This document shows positions 45,613 to 56,547 of a stretch of DNA of 64,000 nucleotides, one piece after another (positions within the stretch are counted from its first letter, which is position 1; every line of letters begins with the position of its first letter). The position numbers were made by a program, and so were the translations under genes. Below the pieces are notes generated by a model, which was given only the letters and a program-made list of their open reading frames with translations, made no database searches and was not told the origin of the DNA. The DNA comes from an uncultured Alphaproteobacteria bacterium (lineage in GTDB: Bacteria > Pseudomonadota > Alphaproteobacteria > HIMB59 > GCA-002718135): contig CACGNZ010000003.1 in assembly GCA_902574475.1 (NCBI GenBank), positions 17,798 to 81,797 of the forward strand, read 5' to 3'.

Positions 45613-48300
45613 TTGGATTTTTTAGTGCCTGACGATATAGATACATCAAATAACGACAATCAAGAGCCTGCTAATATACCTACAGTAAGTTTAGAGCAAG
45701 AAATGCAAAAATCCTACCTGGATTATGCAATGTCTGTAATAGTTAGTAGGGCACTCCCAGACTGTAGAGATGGCTTAAAGCCAGTCCATAGAAGAATATT
45801 ATACTCTATGAGTGAGTCAGGGTATAATTTTAATAAACCATATAAAAAATCTGCAAGAATAGTGGGTGATGTAATGGGTAAATATCATCCTCACGGAGAC
45901 TCAGCTATTTACAATTCCATGGTTAGAATGGCACAAGATTTTTCTATGCGATTAGAGTTAGTTGATGGTCAAGGGAATTTTGGATCATTAGATGGAGATC
46001 CACCTGCAGCGATGAGATACACTGAAGCACGTCTTGCTAAAGTATCCGAGAAACTTGTTGAGGATATTGATAAAAACACTGTTACGTTTCAACCTAATTA
46101 TGATGACACAACAAAAGAACCCTCGGTTCTGCCATCCCAATTTCCAAATCTTTTAGTTAATGGTGCATCTGGAATTGCAGTTGGAATGGCGACTAATATT
46201 GCCCCACATAATTTAGGAGAAGTAATAGATGCAACTTTATATCTTATTAAAAATCCGGAATGTAATATTTTAGATCTTCAAAAATATATTTTCGGTCCTG
46301 ATTTTCCAACAGGAGGACAAATAATTGGTAGAAAGGGCATAACAGAGGCTTTTGAAACTGGAAGAGGTGGTTGTGTAGTTAGATCAAAGACTAGTATTGA
46401 AAATTTTAAAAAAGATCGAGAAGCAATTATTCTCCATGAAATACCTTACCAAGTTAATAAATCAAAATTATTAGAAAGGATTGCAGAAATAGTAAAAAAT
46501 GGAATTGTTGAAGGAATTTCAGATTTAAGAGATGAGTCAGATAGAAATGGTGTTAGGGTTGTGATTGAATTAAAAAAAGATGTAGACTCAAATATAATTC
46601 TCAATCAATTATATAAACATACTTTAATTCAAACTACATTTAATTCTAATATGCTTGCTTTAAACAAAGGTAAGCCAGAACAAATGAATTTAAAAGAAAT
46701 TTTATCTTCATTTTTAGATTTTAGAGAAGAAGTAATAATAAAAAGAACATTATTTGATCTTAATAAAGCTAGAGAAAAAGCTCATATTTTAGTTGGATTG
46801 GTTGTTACTAATGAACATATTGATGAAATTATAGAATTAATAAAAAGTTCTAAAGATTCAAAAGAAGCAAAAGAAAAATTAATTAAAAAGAAATGGAAGG
46901 TATCTAAACAAAATCTTGATTTTATTAAATTAGTTGAGGATGATACTATAGAATTAAAAAGCAACACTTTCAATTTTTCTGATGCACAGGCTAAAGCAAT
47001 TTTAGAATTAAGATTACAAAAATTAACTGCTTTAGAAAGAGAAGATATACAAAAAGATTTAGAAAATTTAATTTTGGAGATTAAAAATTACTTATCTATA
47101 CTTAATTCAAGGGATATTCTTCTAAAAGAAATAGAAAATGAATTAACTGAAATAAAAAAAGATTTTGCAACTGAAAGACGCAGTGAGATCATTGATCAAG
47201 AATATGAGCAAGTAGATGATTTAAGATATATTCAACAAGAAGATATTGTTTTAACTATTTCTAATAATGGATACATAAAAAGATCACTATTATCTAATTA
47301 TCGTTCTCAAAATAGAGGAGGCAAAGGTAAAACTGGTATGTCTACGAGAGAAGAAGATTTTGTTAAAGAAATTCATTTTGCAGATACTCATACTAAACTT
47401 TTAGTTTTTTCATCATTAGGAAAAGTTTATTCTCTAAAATCTCATGATATTCCAGAAGCTAGTTTAAAGGCAAGAGGAAAGCCTATAATAAATCTACTTC
47501 CATTTAAATCTTCTGAAAAAATATCTACTTTTCTTCCATTACCTCTCGATGAAAATCAATGGGATAAGTTTTATGTAATTTTTGCAACAAAAAATGGGAT
47601 GGTTAGAAAAAATAAATTAATTGATCTTGCTAAAAGTGGAAAAAGAGAGCTAAGGGACTCAGGAAAAGTATCAATTAAGCTTGATGAAAAAGATGAATTA
47701 ATTGGTGTTAAGCTTTGTACCGCAGATGATGATATTTTGCTTTCTTCATCAAATGGAAAATGTTTACGTTTTCCAGTTGAAAAATTAAGATTATTTTCTG
47801 GTCTAAATTCATCAGGAGTAAGAGGTATAAAACTAGATAAGGGCAATACAATTATTTCTCTAGCAATTTTGAAACATTCAGTGATTGATATGAGCATTCG
47901 TCAAGAATACTTAAGAGCCGCATCTGAAAGTAGAAAAGAAACTTCATCACTTAAAAATGGATTTGAAGAATTAAATAATAACGAGGAATTTCTTTTAGCT
48001 ATAACATCAAAGGGTTTTGGAAAAAGATCATCCGCCTATGAATATAGAATTTCAAATAGAGGAGGGAAAGGCATAACTGGCATAATGACATCTGAAAAAA
48101 ATGGTGAAGTTGTTGATTGTTTTGTAGTTCAGGACAATGATGAAATCATTCTTGTAAGTGATAAAGGTCAAATAATTAGAGTTAATGTAAATCAAATTAG
48201 AATTGCAGGAAGATCCACCAAAGGTGTTAGTATTTTTAAGATACCTGAAAGTGATAGAATTGTTTCTGTTTCTAGAATACAAGAATTTGAAAATGATTAA
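45613..48300 (+). CDS. gyrA: DNA gyrase subunit A
   Basis: [32 protein letters not shown] (active-site Tyr), C-terminal beta-pinwheel repeats. The start is non-ATG (TTG 45613 or GTG 45625). Confidence 0.97.
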   Translation: MDFLVPDDIDTSNNDNQEPANIPTVSLEQEMQKSYLDYAMSVIVSRALPDCRDGLKPVHRRILYSMSESGYNFNKPYKKSARIVGDVMGKYHPHGDSAIYNSMVRMAQDFSMRLELVDGQGNFGSLDGDPPAAMRYTEARLAKVSEKLVEDIDKNTVTFQPNYDDTTKEPSVLPSQFPNLLVNGASGIAVGMATNIAPHNLGEVIDATLYLIKNPECNILDLQKYIFGPDFPTGGQIIGRKGITEAFETGRGGCVVRSKTSIENFKKDREAIILHEIPYQVNKSKLLERIAEIVKNGIVEGISDLRDESDRNGVRVVIELKKDVDSNIILNQLYKHTLIQTTFNSNMLALNKGKPEQMNLKEILSSFLDFREEVIIKRTLFDLNKAREKAHILVGLVVTNEHIDEIIELIKSSKDSKEAKEKLIKKKWKVSKQNLDFIKLVEDDTIELKSNTFNFSDAQAKAILELRLQKLTALEREDIQKDLENLILEIKNYLSILNSRDILLKEIENELTEIKKDFATERRSEIIDQEYEQVDDLRYIQQEDIVLTISNNGYIKRSLLSNYRSQNRGGKGKTGMSTREEDFVKEIHFADTHTKLLVFSSLGKVYSLKSHDIPEASLKARGKPIINLLPFKSSEKISTFLPLPLDENQWDKFYVIFATKNGMVRKNKLIDLAKSGKRELRDSGKVSIKLDEKDELIGVKLCTADDDILLSSSNGKCLRFPVEKLRLFSGLNSSGVRGIKLDKGNTIISLAILKHSVIDMSIRQEYLRAASESRKETSSLKNGFEELNNNEEFLLAITSKGFGKRSSAYEYRISNRGGKGITGIMTSEKNGEVVDCFVVQDNDEIILVSDKGQIIRVNVNQIRIAGRSTKGVSIFKIPESDRIVSVSRIQEFEND

Positions 48301-48787
48301 TAAAATTGGAATATATCCGGGCACTTTTGATCCTATGACTGCAGGTCATATGGACATAATTAAAAGATCACTAAGAATAGTAGATAATTTAGTAATAGCT
48401 GTCGCTAATAATATTAACAAAGATTCATTGTTTAGTGTTCAAGAAAGAATCAATATTATCAAAAGTGATATCAGTTCTGTAAATGAATTAAATTCAAAAA
48501 TTAATGTTACTGAATTATCAGGATTATTAACAACTTTTGCTAAAGATCAAAATGCCACATGTATAATACGTGGTTTAAGAGCAGTTTCTGATTTTGAGTA
48601 TGAATTTCAAATGACAGGCATGAACTATCAACTTAATCCCGATATTGAGACAATATTTCTTATGACTTCTGAAAAAAACTCATTCATTTCATCTAATTTT
48701 GTTAAAGAAGTACACAAACTGGGTGGTGATGTTTCAAATTTTGTTTCTAAAAATACTTTAGAGCAACTTAATAAAAAAAACTCTTAG
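48293..48787 (+). CDS. coaD: Phosphopantetheine adenylyltransferase
   Basis: [19 protein letters not shown] (HxGH-type nucleotidyltransferase motif). ATG 48293 is preferred over the track start 48203. Confidence 0.92.
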   Translation: MINKIGIYPGTFDPMTAGHMDIIKRSLRIVDNLVIAVANNINKDSLFSVQERINIIKSDISSVNELNSKINVTELSGLLTTFAKDQNATCIIRGLRAVSDFEYEFQMTGMNYQLNPDIETIFLMTSEKNSFISSNFVKEVHKLGGDVSNFVSKNTLEQLNKKNS

Positions 48788-48795
48788 TTAATCAC

Positions 48796-48824
48796 TTGCG
48801 CTTACAATATTTGAACTATATAGA
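48796..48824 (+). promoter_or_regulatory. Candidate promoter for tRNA-Lys
   Basis: TTGCGC (48796-48801), 17-nt spacer, TATAGA (48819-48824), 13 nt upstream of the tRNA 5' end. Confidence 0.3.
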
Positions 48825-48837
48825 ATACAAATTCGAT

Positions 48838-48913
<76 letters not shown>

Positions 48914-48919
48914 TCCAAA

Positions 48920-49102
48920 ATGAAAAAAACAAAAATTAAAAATATTGCATCCGGTATTGAGAAAAATTGTGATATTTTAAGAAAAAATGATAACATTCTT
49001 GAAGTAGTTCTTGAAGGAACAACAATAAAGATATTGCTTAAGAAAAAGACTAATAAATATATTGGATATTTTAAAGAAATGGAATTTGAGTCTGATGGTT
49101 AA
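48920..49102 (+). CDS. Hypothetical small protein
   Basis: 60-aa charged ORF starting 6 nt after tRNA-Lys. No recognisable motif. Confidence 0.35.
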   Translation: MKKTKIKNIASGIEKNCDILRKNDNILEVVLEGTTIKILLKKKTNKYIGYFKEMEFESDG

Positions 49103-49536
49103 TTTTTATTCCTAATATTTAATTCGTTTTCATAATCAATTTGTACTTGCTTTAAAATTTCTTTCTTTGTTTTTACTTTACCTTTACCTACACCAGGGCA
49201 ATTTTTAGCAATATCGTTATTCCAAGTTTTTGTATTCATATTTTCAGGCCAAAAAGGCCAAGTTCTACATTGTATTGGTCTCGACTTATAAACAGTGCAT
49301 TTGTTATCTTTCAAAAATATGCAATTTCCATTATTTTTTTTTAGTTCCTTTAAGTGAATGAAACCATCAGTTTTTTGACAATAGTTTTTTACAAAGTTTT
49401 GTTCTGTTATTTTAAATCCATCTGACAATTTTTTAATATCTTTCTTACTTAAATAAACAAAACCATAGGTACCTCTTGAAACACAACAATTTCCAGAACC
49501 CTGGCATTCAAACCTAATACCTTTTTCTATATCCAT
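49099..49536 (-). CDS. YkgJ-family (CxxCxxCC, UPF0153) cysteine-cluster protein
   Basis: N-terminal FECQGSGNCC cluster and distal CIFL…NKCTVY…RPIQCRTWPFWP. Confidence 0.75.
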   Translation of the reverse strand: MDIEKGIRFECQGSGNCCVSRGTYGFVYLSKKDIKKLSDGFKITEQNFVKNYCQKTDGFIHLKELKKNNGNCIFLKDNKCTVYKSRPIQCRTWPFWPENMNTKTWNNDIAKNCPGVGKGKVKTKKEILKQVQIDYENELNIRNKN

Positions 49537-49541
49537 AAATA

Positions 49542-51623
49542 TTATCCAGCAGTAAGTGTTAAAATTGCTGCATCTCTCTCTTGAAGATACAATAAGTTTC
49601 GAAGATTTTCTCCTTCAATGTTTTCCAATTTTGGATTTTTGGATAATATATCTTCTACCATAATTTTAGCATCTTCTAATAGATCGTAATCAAAACTAAG
49701 ATCAGCTACATAAAAAGATGGGCTGCCAGATTGTTTTTTTCCTAAAATTTCTCCTGGACCCCTTATTTTTAGGTCCTCTTCAGCGATTTTAAAACCATCA
49801 TTTGTTTGTTTCATTATATCAATTCTTTGTTTTGAAATTTCCCCAATATTATCTTTATGTAAAAGTATACAATATGATTGAATATCATTTCTACCAACAC
49901 GACCCCTCAATTGATGAAGTTGAGCTAAACCGAATCTTTCTGCATGTTCAATTACAATTGTGGTTGCAGAAGGAATATCTACACCAACTTCAATAACAGT
50001 TGTTGAAACTAAAATTTTATAATCCTCATTTTTAAACTTTGTCATTATTTCTTCTTTTTCTATTTCACTTAAACGTCCATGCATTAAAAGAACTTTATTT
50101 TTGAAATATTTTTTTAAAATTTTGTATCTTTCCTCTGCAGCTTTTAGATCTAATTCTTCAGATTCTTCTATTAATGGGCATACCCAGTAAAATTTAGATA
50201 ATGAATTTTTGATTTTTTCTTTTATTCTATCAATAAGTTGATTTTCTTTTTTTAATGACAAAGAGCTAGTTATAATTGGTTTACGACCTAAAGGTTTTTC
50301 AATTAATTTACTCTCTTTCATATCTCCATATGCTGCTAAAGTTAATGTTCTTGGAATGGGAGTCGCACTCATTACTAAAATATTTGGTTTATGATTTTTA
50401 TGATTAAATACCATTCTTTGATAAACTCCAAATCTATGTTGCTCATCAATAACTGCTAAACCTAAATTATTAAATTTTACAGTATCTTGTATTAAAGCAT
50501 GTGTCCCAATTATAATATCTGCTTTTCCCTTTGCAATTTGATCTAATTTTTCTTTCCTTTCCTTACCCTTATCCTTTCCTGTAAGAACAAGGACATTTAT
50601 TTTTGAATTTTTTAATAAATTTATAATATTTTCATAATGCTGAAATGCAAGAATTGTAGTAGGCACCATTAAAGCAGATTGAAAATTACTTTCAAATACT
50701 TTTATCATTGATATTAAAGCAACAATAGTTTTTCCAGACCCAACATCTCCTTGCAACAATCTGATCATTTGATTAGAGCTTCCTAGGTCCTGAAGTATCT
50801 CTTTGAGTACATTATTTTGTGAATTTGTGAGTTGAAAATCTAAATTACTATAAAATTTATTTAATGTTTTATTTTCACTAGTAATTTTAAGACCTTTTTT
50901 CTTTTGATTAAAATTTCTCATAATGCCTATAGCTAATTGATGAGATAATAATTCATCAAATGCTAGTCTTCTTCTGAGCAAATTTTTATTTTTTATATTA
51001 TTATCACTTGGATTATGAAGATTTTTAACTACTTCACTCCATCGTTTAAATTTATATTTATTTAATATTGAATTTTCTATCCATTCATTAAAATTTGGTA
51101 AATTATTTAATATTTGATCGGTTAATTTATTCATTATTTTTTGATTGAGGCCACTAGTTAAACTGTAAACTGCCTCTTTACTTTTGATTATTTTATTATT
51201 GTTTAAAGCACTTACATGAGTAGGGTGCGTTATTTGAAATGTGTTTCTAAAATATTCTAATTTTCCAGATATTAATCTATTTTCATTTGTTGGAAGCATT
51301 TGTCTCAACATAGGATGTCTTGCATTAAAATATACTAAATCAATATTTGTATCTCCACAGATACATTTAATTTTGTAGGGTTGCCTTTTAAACCTTGAAG
51401 GTTCATGTTTAATTATTTTTAAATTTAGTGTTACTAAAGAATTAATTTCAGCATCATGAATATTTTCATAGAATTTTCTTTCAAGAATATTATTTGGTAT
51501 ATTCCAAACAAAATGAATATTCTTATATATACCTAATTTATTAATAATTTGTTCTAACTTTGGACCAACTCCTTTGAGAGAAGATATTGAAGATAATAAG
51601 TAGTTTAATTTTTCTGGTCGCAT
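49542..51623 (-). CDS. recG: ATP-dependent DNA helicase RecG
   Basis: GDVGSGKT (motif I), DEQHRFG (motif II), QLRGRVGR (motif VI); 693 aa. Confidence 0.95.
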   Translation of the reverse strand: MRPEKLNYLLSSISSLKGVGPKLEQIINKLGIYKNIHFVWNIPNNILERKFYENIHDAEINSLVTLNLKIIKHEPSRFKRQPYKIKCICGDTNIDLVYFNARHPMLRQMLPTNENRLISGKLEYFRNTFQITHPTHVSALNNNKIIKSKEAVYSLTSGLNQKIMNKLTDQILNNLPNFNEWIENSILNKYKFKRWSEVVKNLHNPSDNNIKNKNLLRRRLAFDELLSHQLAIGIMRNFNQKKKGLKITSENKTLNKFYSNLDFQLTNSQNNVLKEILQDLGSSNQMIRLLQGDVGSGKTIVALISMIKVFESNFQSALMVPTTILAFQHYENIINLLKNSKINVLVLTGKDKGKERKEKLDQIAKGKADIIIGTHALIQDTVKFNNLGLAVIDEQHRFGVYQRMVFNHKNHKPNILVMSATPIPRTLTLAAYGDMKESKLIEKPLGRKPIITSSLSLKKENQLIDRIKEKIKNSLSKFYWVCPLIEESEELDLKAAEERYKILKKYFKNKVLLMHGRLSEIEKEEIMTKFKNEDYKILVSTTVIEVGVDIPSATTIVIEHAERFGLAQLHQLRGRVGRNDIQSYCILLHKDNIGEISKQRIDIMKQTNDGFKIAEEDLKIRGPGEILGKKQSGSPSFYVADLSFDYDLLEDAKIMVEDILSKNPKLENIEGENLRNLLYLQERDAAILTLTAG

Positions 51624-51666
51624 AGATTTTTATAAAATTATAAACTATATTCTATATTCAATTTTT

Positions 51667-51912
51667 ATGTCATTCAATTCACTTAAAAAAACAATAAAAT
51701 ATAGGGTTTCTTACTCTGGAACAAAAGAGACAGATATTTTATACAAAAGATATTTTATAAATCAGTTAGATGAATTTACTGAAAAAGATCTTGAGGATAT
51801 TAAATCGATATTTAATCAATTCTCCGATAATGAGATTTATGATTTTCTTACTTCTAAGGTAGCTATCCCATTAGAATTTAAGGAAATATTTAATAAAATA
51901 CTTAATGAATAA
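51667..51912 (+). CDS. SdhE/SDHAF2-like (DUF339) flavinylation factor, divergent
   Basis: 81 aa, in the conserved alphaproteobacterial slot between recG and mfd. YSGTKETDILYKRYF occupies the place of the R-G-x-x-E-x-D motif. Confidence 0.5.
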   Translation: MSFNSLKKTIKYRVSYSGTKETDILYKRYFINQLDEFTEKDLEDIKSIFNQFSDNEIYDFLTSKVAIPLEFKEIFNKILNE

Positions 51913-54900
51913 TAAAAATACAATCGGTCCATCAATTCACAATGTTGAGCCCTTTTTCATTTCTCAGTTCTATCAAAATTCTAATAAATCAATTTTATAT
52001 ATTGGAAAAGATGAGAAAGAAATATCATCCATGGAACAAAAAATTAAATGGTTATTACCTGATGTTGAAATTTTATTATTTAAATCTTGGGATCAAATTC
52101 CATACGATAATGTCTCTCCTTCAAAAGAAGTTCAAATAGAAAGATTAAAAACACTTAAAATTTTATCAAATTCTAATGCAAAAAGAATAATACTCACTAC
52201 AATTAATTCAATAACTCAAAAAATAATTCCTAAATCAATTATTAATTCACAACTTTTTAAAATTTCAAAAAATCAAAAATTTAAATTTGAGGATCTTATT
52301 AATAACCTTGTCCTCTTAGGCTTTCAAAGAACTTCTTTAGTGCGTGATAAATCAGAATTTTCGGTAAGAGGATCAATTCTGGATATTTTTCCAAATGATA
52401 GATCTAAGCCAATAAGAATAGATTTTTTTGATGAAGAAATAGAGACAATTTTTGAATTTGATCCAATTACTCAAAAAAGATTAAAAGAAATAAATAGTGA
52501 TTTAGAGTTCAATATTATTAATGAATTAATTCTTAATGAAAATAATCTTAACTTATTTAGAAAAAATTTTAGGGAAATATTTCCAGAGTATAGAAATAGT
52601 CAAGTTTATAATCTTTTTTCTGAAAATGTTATTCCATCCGGTGGTGAACAGTTTTTGCCTTTATTCTATGATAATCTCGAAACATTGTTTGATTATGTTA
52701 AAGACTATAAAATACTATTAAATGACGAATTTAAAAATATATTTGAAAATAGATTAGAAAATATAAATGATTTTTATTTAGCCAGAAAAAATAATAAAGA
52801 AAATTTTTTTTTATCACCTGAATTTTTTTACTTAAATAAAGAAATTTTCCAAAAATATTTAGATAACTATGAGCATTTTTACTTTAATACATTTGATAAA
52901 AATAATCATATCAATATTGATGTAAATATTATTCATAATTTATCATCAATTAAAAAAGAAATTGATTTTAGTTTTATAAACCAATTTTTTACAACTAATT
53001 CAAAAGAAAATTTTATATATATATGTTGCCGTAGTAAAGGAAGTTTAGAAAGAGTATCTAAAATATTACAGAATAATTTAAGTTTAAATTTTAATAATGT
53101 AACAAACTTTAATCATTCACTTTCAGATAATATTCTTTTAACTATTCTGGATATTGAAGAGTCATTTAAATTTAATAAATATATTTTTATTAATGAAAAA
53201 TCCTTGTTTGGTTATTTTTTTAATACGCAAATATCTAAATCACGTAAACAAACTATTTTTTTTGAAGAATTAAATAAATTATCTATTGATTCTATTCTGG
53301 TTCATTCTGAGTATGGTCTTTGTAAGTTTAATAATATTAGAAAAATTGAATTAAATGACTCAATTCATGAGTGTTTAGAATTAGAATTTTTTGAAAATCA
53401 AAAACTTTTTTTACCAGTTGAAAATTTAAGTTATGTATCAAAATACAGTGATGATGCTGATGGTAATATAATTTTAGATAAACTTGGTGCTTCTCATTGG
53501 CAAAAAAGAAAAGCAGATGCAAAAAAGAAAATTAGAGATGCTGCAAAAAAACTTATTTCAATAGCTTCTAAGAGACTTCAATCTCAATCTTATGAAATCA
53601 ATACAAATATTGCTGAATACGATAAATTTGTTAGCACTTTCCCATATGTTGAAACCGACGATCAATTGAATGCAATTCAAGATGTAATTAATGATTTTTC
53701 TAAGATGATACCATCTGATAGATTAATTGTAGGTGATGTTGCATTTGGAAAAACAGAAGTAATTTTAAGAGCTATTTTTCTAGCTGCAAAATCAAATTTA
53801 CAATCTGTAGTTTTAGTGCCAACTACAATTTTATCTAGGCAGCATTTTATTAATTTTAAAAAAAGGTTATCTATTTTTGGAATTAATATTGCAGAAATAT
53901 CTAGATTAGTATCATTAAAAGATAAAAAAGAAATTTTTGAAAAATGTAATACTGGCAAAATAGATGTTTTAGTTGGAACTCATGCTTTATTAAACGATAA
54001 ATTAAAATTTAACAGGCTAGGTCTAATAGTTTACGATGAAGAGCAAAAACTAGGAACAATTCAAAAAGAAAAATTTAAAGAAATTGCACCAAAAGCTCAT
54101 TGTATCTCACTTAGTGCAACGCCTATTCCAAGAACTTTAAGTATGTCTCTTTCAGGAATAAGAGATCTAAGTCTGATTCTTACAGCTCCATTTGAAAGAA
54201 TGGCAGTTAGAACTTATGTTTCACCTTTTGACTCTTTAACTATCACAGAAGCTATAAAGAGAGAGATATATGGGAGAAAGAATGGGGTTTACTTTGTAGT
54301 GCCAAGAAAAAAAGACTTACCTTTTATAGAACAATTTTTAAATGATAATTTACCAGAAATAAAATATGTAATCACTCACGGTCAGCTTAGTCCTAAATTA
54401 TTAGAAAGTAGAATTTCAAAATTTTATAATCAAGAAGTTCCTTTAATGCTTAGTACAAATATTATTGAAAATGGTTTAGATTTACCTCACGTAAATACAA
54501 TTATAGTTTACCGATCCAATATTTTTTCTTTAGCTGCGCTATATCAATTGAAAGGAAGGGTGGGGAGATCTTCTAAACGTGGATACGCATACATTACATA
54601 TAAGGAAAATGAGTTAAAAGATAATGGGAGAAAAAGATTATCGATAATAAACTCTTCTGATCATCTTGGTGCAGGTTTTAACATTGCGTCTCAAGATTTA
54701 GACCTTCGAGGTGGTGGTTCTATTATTGGTGAAGAACAGAGTGGTTTTATTAAGGAAATTGGAACTGAGCTTTATCATCAAATGCTTGAAGAAGAGATAA
54801 ATTTACAAAAAAGTAAAATTAATTCAGATTTTATAAAAAAAGATAGTTTTCAACCAATTATTAAAATCCCTGTTGAAATTTATATACCTGAAGATTTTAT

Positions 54901-55282
54901 TAACGATGTTGATCTAAGACTTTCTATTTATAAAAGAATTTCAAATATAAATAATAAAAAAGAAATTGAAGAGATTAGAATAGAATTAATAGATAGGTTT
55001 GGTAAATTGCCTAAACAATTAATTAATTTACTAAAATTAGTAGAAATAAAAATTATTTGTTTAAAAAATAATATTGAAAAGTTTGAATTTAGTAGAAAGG
55101 GTATATTAATTAGTTTTTTTCAAAATAAACCAAAAAATCCAGAAAAATTATTAGAACTTTCATTATCAAAAAATAGTTCTTTAATATTAAGACCTGATCA
55201 AAAAATTTTTTATGATTTTGATGGTAATTTAATTGATGACAGATTTGAATTATCTAAAAATGTGATTAATTTGATTAAATAA
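51905..55282 (+). CDS. mfd: Transcription-repair coupling factor Mfd
   Basis: 1125 aa. GDVAFGKTEV, YDEEQK, QLKGRVGRS helicase motifs and a C-terminal TRCF region. Confidence 0.95.
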   Translation: MNNKNTIGPSIHNVEPFFISQFYQNSNKSILYIGKDEKEISSMEQKIKWLLPDVEILLFKSWDQIPYDNVSPSKEVQIERLKTLKILSNSNAKRIILTTINSITQKIIPKSIINSQLFKISKNQKFKFEDLINNLVLLGFQRTSLVRDKSEFSVRGSILDIFPNDRSKPIRIDFFDEEIETIFEFDPITQKRLKEINSDLEFNIINELILNENNLNLFRKNFREIFPEYRNSQVYNLFSENVIPSGGEQFLPLFYDNLETLFDYVKDYKILLNDEFKNIFENRLENINDFYLARKNNKENFFLSPEFFYLNKEIFQKYLDNYEHFYFNTFDKNNHINIDVNIIHNLSSIKKEIDFSFINQFFTTNSKENFIYICCRSKGSLERVSKILQNNLSLNFNNVTNFNHSLSDNILLTILDIEESFKFNKYIFINEKSLFGYFFNTQISKSRKQTIFFEELNKLSIDSILVHSEYGLCKFNNIRKIELNDSIHECLELEFFENQKLFLPVENLSYVSKYSDDADGNIILDKLGASHWQKRKADAKKKIRDAAKKLISIASKRLQSQSYEINTNIAEYDKFVSTFPYVETDDQLNAIQDVINDFSKMIPSDRLIVGDVAFGKTEVILRAIFLAAKSNLQSVVLVPTTILSRQHFINFKKRLSIFGINIAEISRLVSLKDKKEIFEKCNTGKIDVLVGTHALLNDKLKFNRLGLIVYDEEQKLGTIQKEKFKEIAPKAHCISLSATPIPRTLSMSLSGIRDLSLILTAPFERMAVRTYVSPFDSLTITEAIKREIYGRKNGVYFVVPRKKDLPFIEQFLNDNLPEIKYVITHGQLSPKLLESRISKFYNQEVPLMLSTNIIENGLDLPHVNTIIVYRSNIFSLAALYQLKGRVGRSSKRGYAYITYKENELKDNGRKRLSIINSSDHLGAGFNIASQDLDLRGGGSIIGEEQSGFIKEIGTELYHQMLEEEINLQKSKINSDFIKKDSFQPIIKIPVEIYIPEDFINDVDLRLSIYKRISNINNKKEIEEIRIELIDRFGKLPKQLINLLKLVEIKIICLKNNIEKFEFSRKGILISFFQNKPKNPEKLLELSLSKNSSLILRPDQKIFYDFDGNLIDDRFELSKNVINLIK

Positions 55283-56376
55283 TGGTTAAATTTATTATCA
55301 TATTTAATTTTTTAATTTTTTTATTATTTAGTAAAAACGTTTTGTCTTTAGACAACAAATATAAGCTTGAAATTTTAAAATCAAACTTATCTTCTCCTTG
55401 GAGTTTCACATTTATAAATAATAATCAGATTTTAATAAGTGAAAAAACAGGAAAAATTAAGTTATTTGATATTCAAAATAATAAGATTACTGCAATAGAT
55501 CACAACTTAAATTTTATTAGAGATAAAAATTCGCAAGGAGGCCTTTTAGATGTTTATTTTTATGATGATCAGATTTTTATATCCTACTCGGAAAAGATTG
55601 GTGATAAATTATTTAGTCCTTCAACCACGTCTATTGCAAAAGCTGATTTAGATTTAAATTTCTTAGATTTTGAAAACATTTTTAGAGCTAATCCACCTAT
55701 AAGATCTCCTTATCACTTTGGTTCTAGAATAGCTATTCATGATGATTATTTATATGCATCTGTGGGCGAAAGAGGGAAAGGAATGATAGCTCAGGATGCA
55801 AAACAACATCCTGGAAGTATCATTCGAATTAAATTAGACGGAACTTCACCTAAAGATAACCCTCATTACATATCACAAGAAACATGGTTACCAGAAATAT
55901 ATCAAATCGGTGTAAGAAATCCTCAAGGAATGTCCATCTCACCTTTTGATAATAAAATTTATATTAGTAATCATGGAGCAAAAGGCGGTGATTGGTTTGG
56001 TGAAGTAAAAAAAGGTGAAAATTATGGTTGGAAAATTTTAGGTTGGGGTGGAAATAATTATGATAATTCTAAAATTGGTCCTAAATGGTTACCTGGTTAT
56101 ACAAAAGCAATTCATTATTGGGTGCCATCAATTGCTGTTAGTGCGATTACAATATATGATGGAAATGAATTTCCAGAATTTAAAGGATTAGCACTTATAA
56201 CATCTTTAAAAGATCAGTCTTTACGTTCATTAGATTTTTCAAATTTAGATAATGTAAAAGAAGAGATTATTTTTAAAAAAGAAATAGGAAGAATAAGAGA
56301 TATTAAAATTCATCCAATGGATGGTAAAATATTTTTATTAGCTCAAGACAAATTGTGGTTATTTGAAAAAAAATAA
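55282..56376 (+). CDS. Secreted PQQ-dependent soluble aldose sugar dehydrogenase (YliI/Asd type, beta-propeller)
   Basis: Signal peptide; GVRNPQGMS, HGAKGGD, ENYGW motifs. Confidence 0.85.
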   Translation: MVKFIIIFNFLIFLLFSKNVLSLDNKYKLEILKSNLSSPWSFTFINNNQILISEKTGKIKLFDIQNNKITAIDHNLNFIRDKNSQGGLLDVYFYDDQIFISYSEKIGDKLFSPSTTSIAKADLDLNFLDFENIFRANPPIRSPYHFGSRIAIHDDYLYASVGERGKGMIAQDAKQHPGSIIRIKLDGTSPKDNPHYISQETWLPEIYQIGVRNPQGMSISPFDNKIYISNHGAKGGDWFGEVKKGENYGWKILGWGGNNYDNSKIGPKWLPGYTKAIHYWVPSIAVSAITIYDGNEFPEFKGLALITSLKDQSLRSLDFSNLDNVKEEIIFKKEIGRIRDIKIHPMDGKIFLLAQDKLWLFEKK

Positions 56377-56408
56377 TTTCTTAAAGGGTATTGAGAAATA
56401 TTCTTTTT
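56376..56408 (+). terminator. Weak candidate terminator
   Basis: ATTTCT (56376-56381) / AGAAAT (56394-56399), 12-nt loop, then ATTCTTTTT. The stem is A+T-rich, so this is low confidence. Confidence 0.2.
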
Positions 56409-56424
56409 AATTTATAAATATATC

Positions 56425-56541
56425 ATGTTTGAATTTTTAGCATTTTTAGTTGGTGTTATGATTATGGGACCAATAGTCTATATTTATTTTTTAGTTCAAG
56501 ATTTAAAAAAAAGAATTGATAAGCTTGAAAATAAAAATTAA
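56425..56541 (+). CDS. Candidate 38-aa small membrane protein (below the track cutoff)
   Basis: ATG 56425 to TAA 56539-56541: MFEFLAFLVGVMIMGPIVYIYFLVQDLKKRIDKLENKN, one TM plus a charged tail. Confidence 0.25.
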   Translation: MFEFLAFLVGVMIMGPIVYIYFLVQDLKKRIDKLENKN

Positions 56542-56547
56542 TTCTTA

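Noticed and set aside
7393-48292. Longer N-terminal extensions offered by the ORF track for serA (7393), the SLT-like lipoprotein (10300), iunH (14933), the glycosyltransferase (28468), GCH II (31139), ssb (44989) and coaD (48203).
   Set aside because: In each case an internal ATG reproduces the canonical family N-terminus: MPRVLISD, MKFDNFF signal peptide, MTKKIILDCDPG, MKKRLSK, MSFKSNTG, MVGSVNK and [14 protein letters not shown]. The extension would deeply overlap the upstream gene.
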